Part shown: in pieces, positions 1 to 11,749 of the stretch | Layout: each line of letters opens with the position of its first letter | How positions within the stretch are numbered: position 1 is the stretch's first letter | Assembly (NCBI GenBank): GCA_965263355.1 | Contig: CBDHHL010000032.1 | Location: 2,432,001 to 2,496,000, forward strand | Source: Leptolyngbyaceae cyanobacterium | GTDB lineage: Bacteria > Cyanobacteriota > Cyanobacteriia > Phormidesmidales > Phormidesmidaceae | Length of the DNA stretch: 64,000 nucleotides | Direction of reading: 5' to 3' | Notes under the pieces: generated by a model | The model's database searches: none | The model's input: only the letters and a program-made list of their open reading frames with translations | Told to the model about the DNA's origin: nothing | Program-made: the position numbers and the translations under genes

Positions 1-206
1 AGAAAACAGCAGAATATGCGTTCGTATGCAGATATGCATATATATGAGCACTGCATCGAATACTCTGTAAGAGATAATAGACATACTAAGAAAACTAGTT
101 ATGAATATATACCGAGAAAATACCTATTTCTTCATAACGAGAAAATACCTACTTCCTCTAGCTCCGAAAGCGTAGTAAAGCCGTTCCAATCGTTCAATGG
201 TTTAGA

Positions 207-629
207 CTACTCAATGGGAAGTTTTGCTGTCTCAAGCCAAAAATCCTGAATTTTTTGAGCGACTTGTACATAGCCTGTAAAGTGAGCAGGCTTAGTAATA
301 TAGGCATTTGCGTGTAACCGATAGCTCTTTTCAATGTCATGGGGCGCGTTAGAGCTAGACAAGATAATGGTTGGAATGGTTTGCCAGACAGAATCCTCCT
401 TAATGGCTTGCAAAACCTCGTAACCGTTTTTGCCAGGTAGATTAAGATCGAGCAAAATTAAAAGCGAGTGGGTGCAAGCTCCATGGTTGACTTGCGCCAG
501 TGTAGTTAAGGCTTCATCACCTGTCAGAGCCACCTGAATAGGGCAGTGACAACCTATCTGATCAAATGCAGCTTTTAGGATAGCGGCGTCCGTGGGTGAA
601 TCTTCTACGAGAAGAATGGTAATGCTCAT
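207..629 (-). CDS. Single-domain response regulator, Rcp1-like (CheY superfamily)
   Basis: ILLVED, LILLDLNLPGKNG (phospho-Asp), IILSSS and ANAYITKP, plus the C-terminal FWLETAKLP tail typical of Rcp1-type receivers. Confidence 0.9.
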   Translation of the reverse strand: MSITILLVEDSPTDAAILKAAFDQIGCHCPIQVALTGDEALTTLAQVNHGACTHSLLILLDLNLPGKNGYEVLQAIKEDSVWQTIPTIILSSSNAPHDIEKSYRLHANAYITKPAHFTGYVQVAQKIQDFWLETAKLPIE

Positions 630-994
630 TTAAGTGATGGCTATGGTAATACTAGTCAACTTGATGAAAAACCTGCAAAAGTATGCATACCCATGCTGTT
701 CCTGATAACAGGCTGAAACTCAAAAAATCCTATGGCAGCAAATTCAAGCGTTGCGCTTAGTCAACTTTAAACTTTAAAGACTTATTAATACAATTACTTT
801 ATTATTGCTTCATATTGGTGCAAATTATGCTGAATTTGCTGTGGGGCAGGGTTTGGTAATTTTCGCAATTGAAAATAGTGCCACCGAACGTGAACTTTAA
901 GGTTTTAGCGGCTTTAGTCTCGATCCATAACTCAAAACGAGAAAGTGATTTATCATTAAGGGCAGCCCGTATTCTTGACTAATAGCAGCCGATA

Positions 995-3900
995 ATGAAT
1001 ACGACTGATAGTAATTCCACTGCTGATTTTGTTGTTGGCATTGGTGCCTCTGCGGGTGGTCTACGTGCCCTCAAAGAGTTTTTTGAGCAGATGCCCAGCG
1101 ACAGTGGCGCGGCTTTTGTGGTGGTGCAGCATTTATCGCCTGACCATGAGAGCTTAATGAATGAGCTTTTACAGCGGCATACCCATATGGCTGTGGAACG
1201 GGTGACTGAGCAGATGCCCCTTGCTCCGAATACTGTTTTTCTAATTCCACCGGGGCAAAATTTGATCCTTGAAAATAATTGTTTTCACCTGATTCCCCAA
1301 GAGCGGAGTCAGGGACGTCAGCTTAATTTCCCTATTGATTTGTTTTTTCGGTCCTTAGCGGCTGTCGCCAAAGAGCGGGCTATTAGTATTATTTTGTCAG
1401 GCACTGGCAGCGATGGCTCACAAGGGATACAGGAAATTTCTGAGCGGGGAGGGATTAGTCTTGTTCAAACTCCAGAAACGGCTGAGTTTGATGGTATGCC
1501 CCAGAATGCGATCGCAACCAACATCGTCGATCTGACTCTGGCCCCCCGTGAGCTAGCCCTGGTCACCTACCAATTTGTAACATCGCCTACAGCTTTAGAG
1601 GCTTTTCGTAATGATTCACAGATCCCACTGGCACCCACACAACTCCAGCAGATCATTAACCTAATCGAGCAGCATGAACAAGTTGACTTCACCCATTACA
1701 AGCTGAGCACCCTGACCCGACGCATCCAGCGTCGATGTTTACTCACAGGCAATGGAAATTTAGAGAACTATATTCGTCGCTTAGAAAGCTCAGAGACAGA
1801 GCGTCAGGCACTGCGTAATGACCTCCTAATTACCGTCACCCGATTCTTTAGAGATTTAGACGCCTGGGAAATTTTAGAACACACTATTCTGCCTCAGCTA
1901 ATTGAGCGGGTCACACCTCACCAAACCCTACGCATCTGGGTGACAGCCTGTGCCACGGGCGAAGAAGCCTATTCCATGGCCATTTTGTTAAAAGAATTAT
2001 TAGATAAACACCCGATCCCAATCAAAGCTAAGATTTTTGCCACAGATATCGATCAAGTTGCCCTGGATAAAGCTTCCTCAGGGTGGTATCCCGCCTCCAG
2101 TATCAGCAATCTCAGTCAGGCGCGCCGCAATCGCTTTTTTTCGAGTAAGGATGATGGCGGATTTGAGGTGGCCCGCTCCTTACGGGAAATGATTATTTTT
2201 GCCAACCATAATTTAGCCAAAGATGTCGGCTTCACCAGTATGGACCTGGTCAGCTGTCGCAACGTGCTGATTTATATGCAATATCAGCTACAACATCGGG
2301 TGTTGAGAAACCTGCATTTTGCCTTAAACGCTAAAGGCATCCTTTTTTTGGGAGAATCAGAAACCCTAGGCCCCCTTGAACCAGAGTTTAAGCCCTTATT
2401 TCGCAAATGGAAAATTTATCAAAAACTGCGGGATGTCAAACTTCCCTTAGTGAGAAAAGATATCACCACCCTGAGGATCAATAAGCGCCCGCTTGAAGCC
2501 ACGGCCTCAAGCCAAAGTCCTCGGGTTGACCCAAAGCTGGAAGCGGCCTTTAAGGCTCTCTTGACTCGCCGTGAAACAACGTGCCTGCTAGTCAATCAAA
2601 AGACTCAGCTATTTTATGTTTGTAGCGATACCCTAAATTTACTCAAAGTGCCAGACGGACAGCTATCCAAAGATGTTGTTGATATGCTGCCCCAACCGTT
2701 GCAGTTACCGCTCAGTACGGCCTTACACCGGATTCGTGAAGGTAGCGAAACCTATGTGCAGTACCATGGCTGTGAGATTAAAACAGCGGAGGATAGTCCC
2801 CTAACCGTTAGTATCGAAGTCAGTCAGGAAACTACCCACCAAGCCACAGGGGAGTTTTTTATGGTGTTAATTGCACCAGAGCCCTCATCCCCCAAAATCA
2901 CTGAGCGTTCGAGCCAATTTGAGGTGGAACCCGACACCGTTCAATATGCGTTGCAGCTAGAACAAATGTTGCAACAAACCCAAGAAAATCTGCAGGCAAC
3001 CGTTGAAGAGTTAGCCACTACTAACGAAGAGCAACAGGCCACCAACGAAGAACTGATTGCCTCGAATGAAGAACTGCAAAGCACAAACGAGGAACTGCAA
3101 TCGGTTAACGAAGAGCTTTACACCGTTAACGCCGAGTATCAGTTTAAGATCCAGCAGTTAACCGAGTTGACCAACGATCTGAATAATCTACTGGAAAATA
3201 TCGACATTGGGGTGATCTTTCTAGACAACGAGCTGTGCATTCGCAAATTTACCCCTGCGGCCAACATCGTTTTCAATTTAGTCGATGCAGATGTAAATCG
3301 CCCCATTGGACACCTGGCCAACAATCTAGACAATATTGATATACTCAGCTTGCTGGAGCAGGCCCAACAGCAGGTCGCTCCCCTGGCGCAAGAGGTCAGG
3401 ATCAAGGGTCAGGGTCTGCACCTACTGTTGCGGATTTATCCCTATCACACAGAAAATCAAGTCGTTGATGGGTTGATTTTGACGTTTGTCAATATTGACG
3501 ATATCAAAAAGTATCAGCTACAGCTAGAGACGGCAGAAACGATGCTGCGCCAGACCAACGAAACCCTGGAGCAAGAAGTCCAGAAACGCACCGCCGAATT
3601 GGTAGAAAGTCAGCATTTCCTAGAGTCGATTAACCAGGCGACGCCCAACAAGATTTATATTTTTGATCTCCTCACACAAACGTTGGTATTTGCCAATCAG
3701 CCTTTTGAAGCACTGTTGGGGTATTCATCTGAAGAGCTATTGGCGATGGGAGCTGACTACCATCAGCAAATTGTTCATCCAGATGACCAGGCTAAGTTCA
3801 AACAACATGAGCAGGCTATTCTGCAATCCGATGATGTCGATAACGCAGTTTTCGAAATTGAATACCGCGTCTGTGACGCATCCGGCAACTGGCATTGGCT

Positions 3901-4393
3901 ATACAGTCAGGAAACTGTTTTTGCTACAGCCTCTAATCATCAACCAATTCTAATGTTAGGTGTTTCAGTTGACATTAGCGATCGCAAAATTGCCGAAGCT
4001 GCACTGCAAGCTAGTGAAGAGCGCTGCGCCTTAGTATTTGAGGGCGTGGGTGCTGGGATCTGGGACTGGAATATCCTGACGGATGAAAACCTGGTTTCCT
4101 ATCGATTTAAGCAAATTTTGGGCTATGAAGACGATGAAATTGACAACCCCCTGGAGGTATGGGAAACGCGGCTACATCCTGATGATAAGGAGCGGGTATT
4201 AACGGCACAGAATAATCATCTGTATAATCGCACCCCCTACAAGCTAGAGTACCGTTTGCGCACCAAGACGGGAGCCTACATCTGGGTTTATGCCACCGGG
4301 CAAGCCATTTGGAATGAGGCCGGTAATCCTGTCCGGATGGCGGGCTCAATTACTGATATTAGCGATCGCAAAGCCGTCGAGACAGAACGCTAG
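995..4393 (+). CDS. CheB methylesterase-CheR methyltransferase-coiled coil-PAS protein, no kinase domain
   Basis: CheB motifs [13 protein letters not shown] and GTGSDG; CheR motifs [17 protein letters not shown] and [26 protein letters not shown] coiled coil; three PAS/PAC units; stops right after the last PAC ([12 protein letters not shown]). Confidence 0.92.
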   Translation: MNTTDSNSTADFVVGIGASAGGLRALKEFFEQMPSDSGAAFVVVQHLSPDHESLMNELLQRHTHMAVERVTEQMPLAPNTVFLIPPGQNLILENNCFHLIPQERSQGRQLNFPIDLFFRSLAAVAKERAISIILSGTGSDGSQGIQEISERGGISLVQTPETAEFDGMPQNAIATNIVDLTLAPRELALVTYQFVTSPTALEAFRNDSQIPLAPTQLQQIINLIEQHEQVDFTHYKLSTLTRRIQRRCLLTGNGNLENYIRRLESSETERQALRNDLLITVTRFFRDLDAWEILEHTILPQLIERVTPHQTLRIWVTACATGEEAYSMAILLKELLDKHPIPIKAKIFATDIDQVALDKASSGWYPASSISNLSQARRNRFFSSKDDGGFEVARSLREMIIFANHNLAKDVGFTSMDLVSCRNVLIYMQYQLQHRVLRNLHFALNAKGILFLGESETLGPLEPEFKPLFRKWKIYQKLRDVKLPLVRKDITTLRINKRPLEATASSQSPRVDPKLEAAFKALLTRRETTCLLVNQKTQLFYVCSDTLNLLKVPDGQLSKDVVDMLPQPLQLPLSTALHRIREGSETYVQYHGCEIKTAEDSPLTVSIEVSQETTHQATGEFFMVLIAPEPSSPKITERSSQFEVEPDTVQYALQLEQMLQQTQENLQATVEELATTNEEQQATNEELIASNEELQSTNEELQSVNEELYTVNAEYQFKIQQLTELTNDLNNLLENIDIGVIFLDNELCIRKFTPAANIVFNLVDADVNRPIGHLANNLDNIDILSLLEQAQQQVAPLAQEVRIKGQGLHLLLRIYPYHTENQVVDGLILTFVNIDDIKKYQLQLETAETMLRQTNETLEQEVQKRTAELVESQHFLESINQATPNKIYIFDLLTQTLVFANQPFEALLGYSSEELLAMGADYHQQIVHPDDQAKFKQHEQAILQSDDVDNAVFEIEYRVCDASGNWHWLYSQETVFATASNHQPILMLGVSVDISDRKIAEAALQASEERCALVFEGVGAGIWDWNILTDENLVSYRFKQILGYEDDEIDNPLEVWETRLHPDDKERVLTAQNNHLYNRTPYKLEYRLRTKTGAYIWVYATGQAIWNEAGNPVRMAGSITDISDRKAVETER

Positions 4394-4443
4394 GAAAACG
4401 TCATTTTCGCTTTGTTACCCTCAAATATCAACCCTAAAAACCG

Positions 4444-7400
4444 TTAACTTATGGAAGCAGCATTATCAGATTGTCTATCAGTATCTACGTTAAGGGTGAA
4501 GAAAAAAGTAGCGCCGTTGCCCGGTGATGAGTCTATCCAAATATCCCCCTGGTAGTACTCCACAATTTTTCTACAGATAGCCAGACCAATCCCATATCCT
4601 TTGTAATCTTTCTGATTATGCAGTTTCTGAAAGAGCTGGAAGATTCTCTTTTGCTGCTCCTTGGGAATGCCGATACCATTGTCTTGAACACTCAAAAGCC
4701 AGCAGCTTTTAGATTGTTGCTTTGCGGTGATGTGAATGCGGGGTGGCTCTACCCCTCGAAATTTGATCGAGTTGGCAATCAAGTTTTGCAACAGTTGTAA
4801 ACTATGGTTTTCAACCATGTATAACCTGGGTAAAGCATCGTGGGTAATAATTGCCTGGGTCTCAAGACAAGTAATTTTTAGATTTTCTAGAACCGTTTCC
4901 AGAACTTGTTCTAAATCAATTGGACTGTCCTGAAATTCTTCTTTAGTATCAACTCGGGAGAGTTCTAAAATACCATCGATCATCGCCTTCATCCGAATCC
5001 CTCCCTCAACAACGTGATTGATATAATTTTTGCCATCAGCGTCTAACTGATCGCTATAGCGTTGATATAGGAGTTGAGAAAAAGCCGTCATCGCCCGTAG
5101 GGGCTCTTGTAAATCATGGGAAACTACATAGGCAAATTGTTCTAGTCCCGTATTCGAAATCGTTAGCTCCGTTGCCCTCTGTTCTAGCTGCTGTTCAATT
5201 TGCTCACGTTCATAAATCTCTGCCTGAAGTCGTTGATTACTTTCCTGCAGCTCAGAGGTGCGGGTATTGATTAGCTCTTCTAGATGATCGCGGTAGCGGG
5301 TTAACTCTGCTTTTGCTTGATTACGCTCTGTGACGTCGACCATCACTGCTAGAGAATATCCAATTTCCCCGTTATTATCCCATTCAGCAGTAGCCGCCAA
5401 TAGGACATCACGGATGTTACCATCCTTACAAATTATTTGATAAGGCACATCAAAACATTTCCCTGTCTTGAGATAGTCAGGTAAAACCATTTCGGTGGCA
5501 TATACCTGAGATCTGGGTGTGAGAAACTCAATGTAACGTCGCCCCAAAACCTCTTCCAGTTCGTAGCCTAGGCATTCAAGCCAGTAGTCGCTAACGCTGA
5601 TCAGTTCCCCATCGCGATTGATGGAATGCAGCATCACTGGGGTTTTCTGGTAAAGATTGCGGTAATTTTGTTCGCTTTCTTGTAGCTTGGCCTCAGCAAT
5701 TTTGCGATCGCTAATGTCGATAGCCACCCCCAACAGTTGCACCGGTCTCCCTTGCTCAGAGAAACTGTAAACAATCTCTTGGCTATACCACCAATGCCAG
5801 TTACCATCGGCACCTCGCAAACGATATTCAATATCAAAAATCTGATTTTTATGCGGTTCAGATACCAGGATAGCCTGGTGGTGAGCTGCGACTTTATCTA
5901 GATCATCTGGATGAAAAATATGCTTATTGAGAATCTCTTTATCTGTAGCTTGGTGCTCTTGCTGAGATTGACCTATCACGTCAGCCAGGGCTCGATTGGT
6001 ATAGATATTAGATTTTTGAATCAGGTCATAAATATAGATATAATTTGGAGACGACTGGGTAATCGACTCCAGAAAATATTGGCTGGATTCTAACTCAGCT
6101 GTACGCTCCTGGACTTGTTGTTCTAACTGTTCATTAATATTTAAGAGTTGGGTTTCTGCAGCTTCTAACTGCTGCTGTGTTTCTTTGATCTTACTAATAT
6201 CAATAAAGGTGAGCAATACCCCATCAATGTCCTGATTCTCAGTAATGTAGGGCAAAATCCGCATCGAAAGATAGATGTCTTGACGCTTGAGCTTAACTTC
6301 AATATCCCGAGGCTGTGAGTCTTGACGAAATGGGGTTAAGGCCTCCATAAGATCAAAATTATCGAGGTTGTGGGAAAGGTGCTCTAGGGGACGTCCGATG
6401 TCGGCATTCACCAAATTAAACGCAACGGTTGCAGCGGGCGTGAACTTGCGAATGTGACCGTCTCTATCTAAAAAGATGACCCCGATATTAGTATTGCGTA
6501 ACAGATTGTCGAGGTCGTTGTTGAGTTCCAACAATTCTTGAATTTTAGCCTGGTACTCAGCGTTGACGGTATACAACTCTTCATTCACAGAGTGGAGTTC
6601 TTCATTCGTACTCTGGAGTTCCTCATTGGAGGCAATTAGTTCCTCATTGGTGGACTGTTGCTCTTCATTCGTGGTCTCTAACTCTTCGATGGTAGCCTGA
6701 AGGTTTTCGCGGGTTTGCTGGAGTTCATACTCCAACTGGATAACATATTGGGCAGCTTCTGTATTGGCCTCAAACTGGGCGGGCGTATCGCCCAAAATCG
6801 GGGTTTCTTCTCGTTTGATCAGCAGTAATGCAAATTCACCCGTTGCCGTCTGGGCAGACTGCAGGTGGGCTAAGATACTGACAGAATAGTTCTCATTGCT
6901 GGAAGAGGTGAACTGACAACCGCGATATTGCACATAAGTCTTCTTTTGACGAGTTTGATAAAGGGCTGTGCTAATGGGCAACTGCAACTCTTTTGGCAGC
7001 ATTTGTACCACGTCCTGGGAGGCGCGCCCAGTCGGTACCCGTAACAGGTTGAGGGCATCCCCACAGACATGGATCAGTTGATTTTGCCGGTCAACCACGA
7101 GACAGGTCGCTTGCTGATAGGTGAGCAAGCTCTGAAACGCCATGGTGAGCAGTGGGTCAAACCGTGTTTGGGGATTGCGCAGCGGGGGAACTGGAGACGG
7201 GCGCTTGATCTGAAGATTGCTTAAATCATTCAGGGGAATAGGGAGACGGACATGGCGTATCTTTTGGTAAATTTTCCATTTACGCTGAATACAGGTAAAT
7301 TCTTCAGCGATATCACCCAGGGTTTCGGACTCGCCTAAAAATACGATGCCATTTACTTTGAGGGCAAAATGGAGACTGCGTAAGACTCTCTGCTGCAAAT

Positions 7401-8718
7401 CGGGCTGCATATAGATCAGCACATTGCGACAACTGACCAGATCCATATTGGTAAAGCCTGCATCCTTAGCTAAATTATGGTTGGCGAAGATAATCATTTC
7501 GCGGATGGACCGGCTAATCTCGAAGCAGTCTTCTTTCTGAATAAAAAATCGTTTAAGGCGCTCTGGGCTCAGATCATTGCTGATAGAAGCCGGGTAGAGG
7601 CCCGCTGAGGCTTTTTCAAGGGCGATAGAGTCAATGTCAGTGGCGAAAATTTTGGCAACAACTGGAGAATTGGCTTTATCCAAAAGCTCCCGCAGTAAAA
7701 TAGCCATCGAGTAGGCTTCTTCGCCAGTGGCGCAAGCCGCTATCCAAATACGAATTTGAGACTTGCGCTCATCGTTTTCGGCATCATTGGCTTCAATGGT
7801 TTCAAGCAGCTGAGGCAAAATGCTCTGTTCTAAAATCTCCCAAGCAGCCGCATCTCGAAAGAAACGAGTAACGGTTATTAACAGGTCATTGCGCAGAGCT
7901 TCTCGTTCGGCTTCAGAAGACTCTAACTGCGTGATGTAGGTATCTAAGTCGGTATAGCCCGTAATTAGACAGCGACGGTGGATGCGACGGGAGATGGAGC
8001 TGGGTTTGTAGTGGGTAAAGTCAATGTCAGCATAATCTTTAACAATATTGACGATGGTTTGAATTTGGGCAGGTTTAAGCTGATTTTCCTGGTCGTCGCG
8101 GAACTGTTGTCGCTGGATGGGACTCGTAACAAACTGGTAGGTGGTTTGGGCCAGCTCAGTGGGGTTTAGGGCTAAATCAACCATGCCGGTTGCGATCGCA
8201 TTCAACGGCATACCATCAAACTCAGCGGTTTTTGGGTCTTGAGCCATCACTAGCCCCCCAGCTTCAGAAATTTCCTGGATGCCCCGAGACCCATCACTCC
8301 CTGTTCCCGACAAAATAATACCAATGGTGCGTGCTCCTTGTTCTGCAGCCAGGGCTTGAAAAAAGAGATCAATCGGAAAATGGGGCTGATATCCCTGGTT
8401 ACGATCTTGGGGAACAAGCCGCAGCTGGTTGCCCTTCAAAAACAAGTTTTGACCGGGTGGAATCAAAAAAACTACATTGGGCTCTAGGGCAATCCCATCG
8501 GTTACCCGCTTCACCTGCATATGTGTACGCCGCTCCAACAGCTCGTTCATCAAGCTCTTATAGTCAGGCGATAAATGTTGTACTACCACAAATGCTGCAC
8601 CACTATCGCTGGGCATGGCATCAAAAAAATCTTCGATAGCCTTTAATCCACCGGCAGAAGCACCAATGCCAATAATAAATGGCGCTTCCGCAGTTACAGC
8701 ATGATTGGAAGTTTTCAT
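4444..8718 (-). CDS. CheB-CheR-PAS sensor histidine kinase
   Basis: Same CheB, CheR and coiled-coil motifs, three PAS domains, H-box [15 protein letters not shown]-box [11 protein letters not shown] boxes DNGIGI and GYGIGLAIC. Confidence 0.93.
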   Translation of the reverse strand: MKTSNHAVTAEAPFIIGIGASAGGLKAIEDFFDAMPSDSGAAFVVVQHLSPDYKSLMNELLERRTHMQVKRVTDGIALEPNVVFLIPPGQNLFLKGNQLRLVPQDRNQGYQPHFPIDLFFQALAAEQGARTIGIILSGTGSDGSRGIQEISEAGGLVMAQDPKTAEFDGMPLNAIATGMVDLALNPTELAQTTYQFVTSPIQRQQFRDDQENQLKPAQIQTIVNIVKDYADIDFTHYKPSSISRRIHRRCLITGYTDLDTYITQLESSEAEREALRNDLLITVTRFFRDAAAWEILEQSILPQLLETIEANDAENDERKSQIRIWIAACATGEEAYSMAILLRELLDKANSPVVAKIFATDIDSIALEKASAGLYPASISNDLSPERLKRFFIQKEDCFEISRSIREMIIFANHNLAKDAGFTNMDLVSCRNVLIYMQPDLQQRVLRSLHFALKVNGIVFLGESETLGDIAEEFTCIQRKWKIYQKIRHVRLPIPLNDLSNLQIKRPSPVPPLRNPQTRFDPLLTMAFQSLLTYQQATCLVVDRQNQLIHVCGDALNLLRVPTGRASQDVVQMLPKELQLPISTALYQTRQKKTYVQYRGCQFTSSSNENYSVSILAHLQSAQTATGEFALLLIKREETPILGDTPAQFEANTEAAQYVIQLEYELQQTRENLQATIEELETTNEEQQSTNEELIASNEELQSTNEELHSVNEELYTVNAEYQAKIQELLELNNDLDNLLRNTNIGVIFLDRDGHIRKFTPAATVAFNLVNADIGRPLEHLSHNLDNFDLMEALTPFRQDSQPRDIEVKLKRQDIYLSMRILPYITENQDIDGVLLTFIDISKIKETQQQLEAAETQLLNINEQLEQQVQERTAELESSQYFLESITQSSPNYIYIYDLIQKSNIYTNRALADVIGQSQQEHQATDKEILNKHIFHPDDLDKVAAHHQAILVSEPHKNQIFDIEYRLRGADGNWHWWYSQEIVYSFSEQGRPVQLLGVAIDISDRKIAEAKLQESEQNYRNLYQKTPVMLHSINRDGELISVSDYWLECLGYELEEVLGRRYIEFLTPRSQVYATEMVLPDYLKTGKCFDVPYQIICKDGNIRDVLLAATAEWDNNGEIGYSLAVMVDVTERNQAKAELTRYRDHLEELINTRTSELQESNQRLQAEIYEREQIEQQLEQRATELTISNTGLEQFAYVVSHDLQEPLRAMTAFSQLLYQRYSDQLDADGKNYINHVVEGGIRMKAMIDGILELSRVDTKEEFQDSPIDLEQVLETVLENLKITCLETQAIITHDALPRLYMVENHSLQLLQNLIANSIKFRGVEPPRIHITAKQQSKSCWLLSVQDNGIGIPKEQQKRIFQLFQKLHNQKDYKGYGIGLAICRKIVEYYQGDIWIDSSPGNGATFFFTLNVDTDRQSDNAASIS

Positions 8719-9337
8719 AAAGTTTTTAAATCAGCTATCAGTTTCAAACGGTAGAATAGAAGAATATAGACTTGAAAAATTACTACCCATTCGGGATACC
8801 TAGAATTTGACAAAAGAGAAGAATTTCAGCGTGCGATCGCGACATATGTATCATACCTCTCGGTTAATACCAATCTATTGAGTGTACGACAGACGTTGGT
8901 GCGCAAAATATCCTACCTTAGTCCAATAAGTTAGCGCCTCTGTGCGGGAGGCAACATCCCTAGCCCCTCCCTTAGCAATCAATACACCAGTTCAAGGGTT
9001 GGAACAGCATCCTACTAAAGTCTTACCGTAAATCTACCAGCTCAACATGCTCAACCAAACCATTGAACGTCTTGCTGAGCATGACTTGAAAATTCTATGT
9101 TGAAAGCATTAAGTGGCATACTTCTCTTAAGAAGACCAGCAAACGACTTAATGACTACGCCAATGGCAAGGACTTATTCGCTATTGATAGCTTTAGTGAC
9201 GTCGCTGATTGCTGTATAAGCGATGTCTGAAACGCCTGATACCCAACTACTCTCTTCAAAGAGAACCTTAATGTTGATATTGTTCTCAACATTATTGATG
9301 CCTATGAACTGACGACTACTGAGCAATCTTCATAGGC

Positions 9338-10552
9338 TTAAATATCGAGTGATTGGTTCATCCTGGCCACAAGCAATACTTTAATACGGATAACGTTAGT
9401 ATAGTCATGGTCAGCTCCCAGGTTCTCTTCAAAAAGCACTAATGCTTCGCGATAGAGGGGTTCAGCCCGTTGATAGCGCCCTTGATTATCATAAAGTGTT
9501 GCTAGCTGATAAAGATTGAGTGCTACCTCAAGATGGGTATTGCCAAACAACCATTTGCGCATCATTAGCGCACCTTCTAGCAAGGAAATAGCCTCATTGT
9601 CACAATCTGTCTCAATATATAGATTTGCTAGATTGGTAATAATACCAATGGCGATAAAATGCAGAGTGATCTGGGCAAGTTCTGGCTGTTGCGGTGAATG
9701 GGCTAGCTTTGAACAGCTAGTCATTGCCGTTTGGGACCCTGCAATCCGATAGGCGACCCCAGCGTCATCCCGTAGTGCTGTGCCTCTAGTTAACACCCAA
9801 AGGTAGTCTCCGTTTGCGTGTTGAATACGATATTCGCAGTGAAACTGGTGACAACAACCAGCAAAATAGTCTTCTAGTGTTTGCTCGACGTATTTTTTAT
9901 CGTCTGGATGGATACGTGATAGCCACTCATTAGGGCTACTACCACAGTCATTGTCCCTTAGACCCAATAGAAATTTCCATTGTGGAGAGTAGTAAACGGA
10001 GTTATTTACCAAATCCCAATCCCAAATGCCATCATTGGCCCCTTGAGCTACTAAGGCATATCGCTCTTGACTGATTTTCGACTGCTGAGCTAATTCTGTG
10101 CGTTTAATGGCATATTGGATACGCTGGACTAGCAGATTGCCAATAGTTGCATAGCCCAGTTGCGATAATTGAACCGGGGAAAATGTGTCTGATTTTACTA
10201 CATAATCCTGAGCCCCCTCCCGTAATGCAGCATCTGCCATAGCCTGATCTGAAAGACCTGTTAGCACGACAATAGGTATCTGAGGTACCCGTCTTCTTAA
10301 TTGCTTGATAAGATCTAAACCATACCCATCAGGAAGATTTAGATCCAGTAAGACTATATCGAAGGTATGGTTCTCAAGTATGGTTAGGGCCTCTTCAAAT
10401 CGCTCGACATGATGTAACTTTGGCTTTTCAGAGTCTGACAGGTTGATAACTGTTTTAACCAACTGAGCATCTGAACAACTATCTTCAATCAGTAAAGCAT
10501 CAATGTCTGGCGTCATACTTGAGGTCTGTGATGGATAAGGATGCAAATTCAT
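9338..10552 (-). CDS. Response regulator with PAS domain and C-terminal TPR repeats
   Basis: REC (LLIED, VLLDLNLPDG, AQDYVVK); PAS/PAC (GANDGIWDWD, RIHPDD, EYRIQH); kinesin-light-chain-type TPR (LATLYDNQGRYQRAEPLYREAL...LGADH). Confidence 0.85.
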   Translation of the reverse strand: MNLHPYPSQTSSMTPDIDALLIEDSCSDAQLVKTVINLSDSEKPKLHHVERFEEALTILENHTFDIVLLDLNLPDGYGLDLIKQLRRRVPQIPIVVLTGLSDQAMADAALREGAQDYVVKSDTFSPVQLSQLGYATIGNLLVQRIQYAIKRTELAQQSKISQERYALVAQGANDGIWDWDLVNNSVYYSPQWKFLLGLRDNDCGSSPNEWLSRIHPDDKKYVEQTLEDYFAGCCHQFHCEYRIQHANGDYLWVLTRGTALRDDAGVAYRIAGSQTAMTSCSKLAHSPQQPELAQITLHFIAIGIITNLANLYIETDCDNEAISLLEGALMMRKWLFGNTHLEVALNLYQLATLYDNQGRYQRAEPLYREALVLFEENLGADHDYTNVIRIKVLLVARMNQSLDI

Positions 10553-10683
10553 TACGCTTCAAATTAGGCTATTTCAATAACAAAAAAGCTTAAATAAAGT
10601 TCTCTTGATTGTAGACTGCCCGAGATAGCAGACACTTGTCTCGGGGAAAATACGGAACTTTATATCTTTTTAAGCATGTGCTT

Positions 10684-10852
10684 TAGGGTGTCAACTTAAG
10701 CTAAGAAATCTTGAATCGGTGCGGACTCAGGCTTCGACATGAGTTCAGCCTAACGTGATCAGGGGTCAGACATCAGGAATCTGACTGACCCCTGACGTCT
10801 GACCCCCGACGTCTATCCTTTGGAAACCGTTTTGCTCTAAGCTACTACCCTA
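10684..10852. mobile_element. MITE-like dispersed repeat with terminal inverted repeats
   Basis: Left end GGGTGTCAACTTAAGC and degenerate right end GCTCTAAGCTACTACCC, both flanked by TA; internal short inverted/tandem repeats; related partial copy at 29381-29484. Confidence 0.5.
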
Positions 10853-11100
10853 GCCTGGGGTAAGCAGACTTGACCGATAATAAAGCGACATAAAATCGAT
10901 TCAAAACTATAGCTAATCGTTCCTTCCACCTTAAACTTGGCTACGAATCTACAAATAGAAAAGTCTCCTTGACAAGGGCCAATAATCCCAAAGAATTTAA
11001 GGAGAATAACGATAACCTTACGAAGACTCGAACAACTATAGGCTCAAACGATAACAATCTAGACACCTATTATTTTTTCCGGCAGAAGCAAATATATTCC

Positions 11101-11364
11101 CTAATATCCAGACAAATAGGCCCCCAAATTACCAAACTGTTCTTTATTTAGGCTATAGTACATCCATCGCCCCTGCTGCCGAGCGGTTACCAATCCAGCA
11201 GCTTTAAGTGACTTGAGATGAAAAGAGAGCCTGGATTGGGCAATATTAAGCTTCTTACACATATCGCTCACGCAAAACTCTTGCTCTTGAAGAAGTTCAA
11301 TTATTTGTATTCGGATAGGATCTGATAGAGCATGAAATCCCTCAAATACCGATTCCTGAGCCAT
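11101..11364 (-). CDS. ArsR/SmtB-family transcriptional regulator
   Basis: FHALSDPIRIQII, EFCVSDM, QSRLSFHLKSLKAAGLV and QQGRWMYYSL winged helix-turn-helix. Confidence 0.9.
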   Translation of the reverse strand: MAQESVFEGFHALSDPIRIQIIELLQEQEFCVSDMCKKLNIAQSRLSFHLKSLKAAGLVTARQQGRWMYYSLNKEQFGNLGAYLSGY

Positions 11365-11749
11365 GCAAAATTATTCCTAAAATTTATATTACAATACCGG
11401 TTACGGCTTGAATGAGTTCAAGCTTGATGTCCAATTTAATGTCCAAGAATGATTGCCCCCTAGTTCTTAGTGGTCTTTTCAAGACAAAGAGAGCTATATC
11501 TTAATAGCGGACTATCCTTCTTTGACATCAATTGAAATATCTATGTTGATACAATTCCCAACTTATCAGAGAATTTATATCAGAAAAAACTCGGAAGTTT
11601 GGATCAGATAGGATGTATTTCTTGACTGACTTCGATTTTATGACAATTCCCAATTGAGATAAATACGAGGCTGGCTCTGTAGGCGAATAGTCAATAGATA
11701 CAAGTTAACATTTTCGGGAATAATCTAATGTTCCTATAGAGTCCTCACT

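Noticed and set aside
16..249. 77-aa plus-strand ORF
   Set aside because: AT-rich, overlaps the receiver gene end, and its internal repeat simply reflects the DNA direct repeat
9047..9336. Coding-like plus-strand stretch (MLNQTIERLAEHDL...LFKENLNVDIVLNIIDAYEL)
   Set aside because: Interrupted by a frameshift and stops, and I cannot assign it to a family
11527..11550. ATCAA...TTGAT inverted repeat upstream of arsR
   Set aside because: Arms are only 5 bp with atypical spacing; too weak to call an operator
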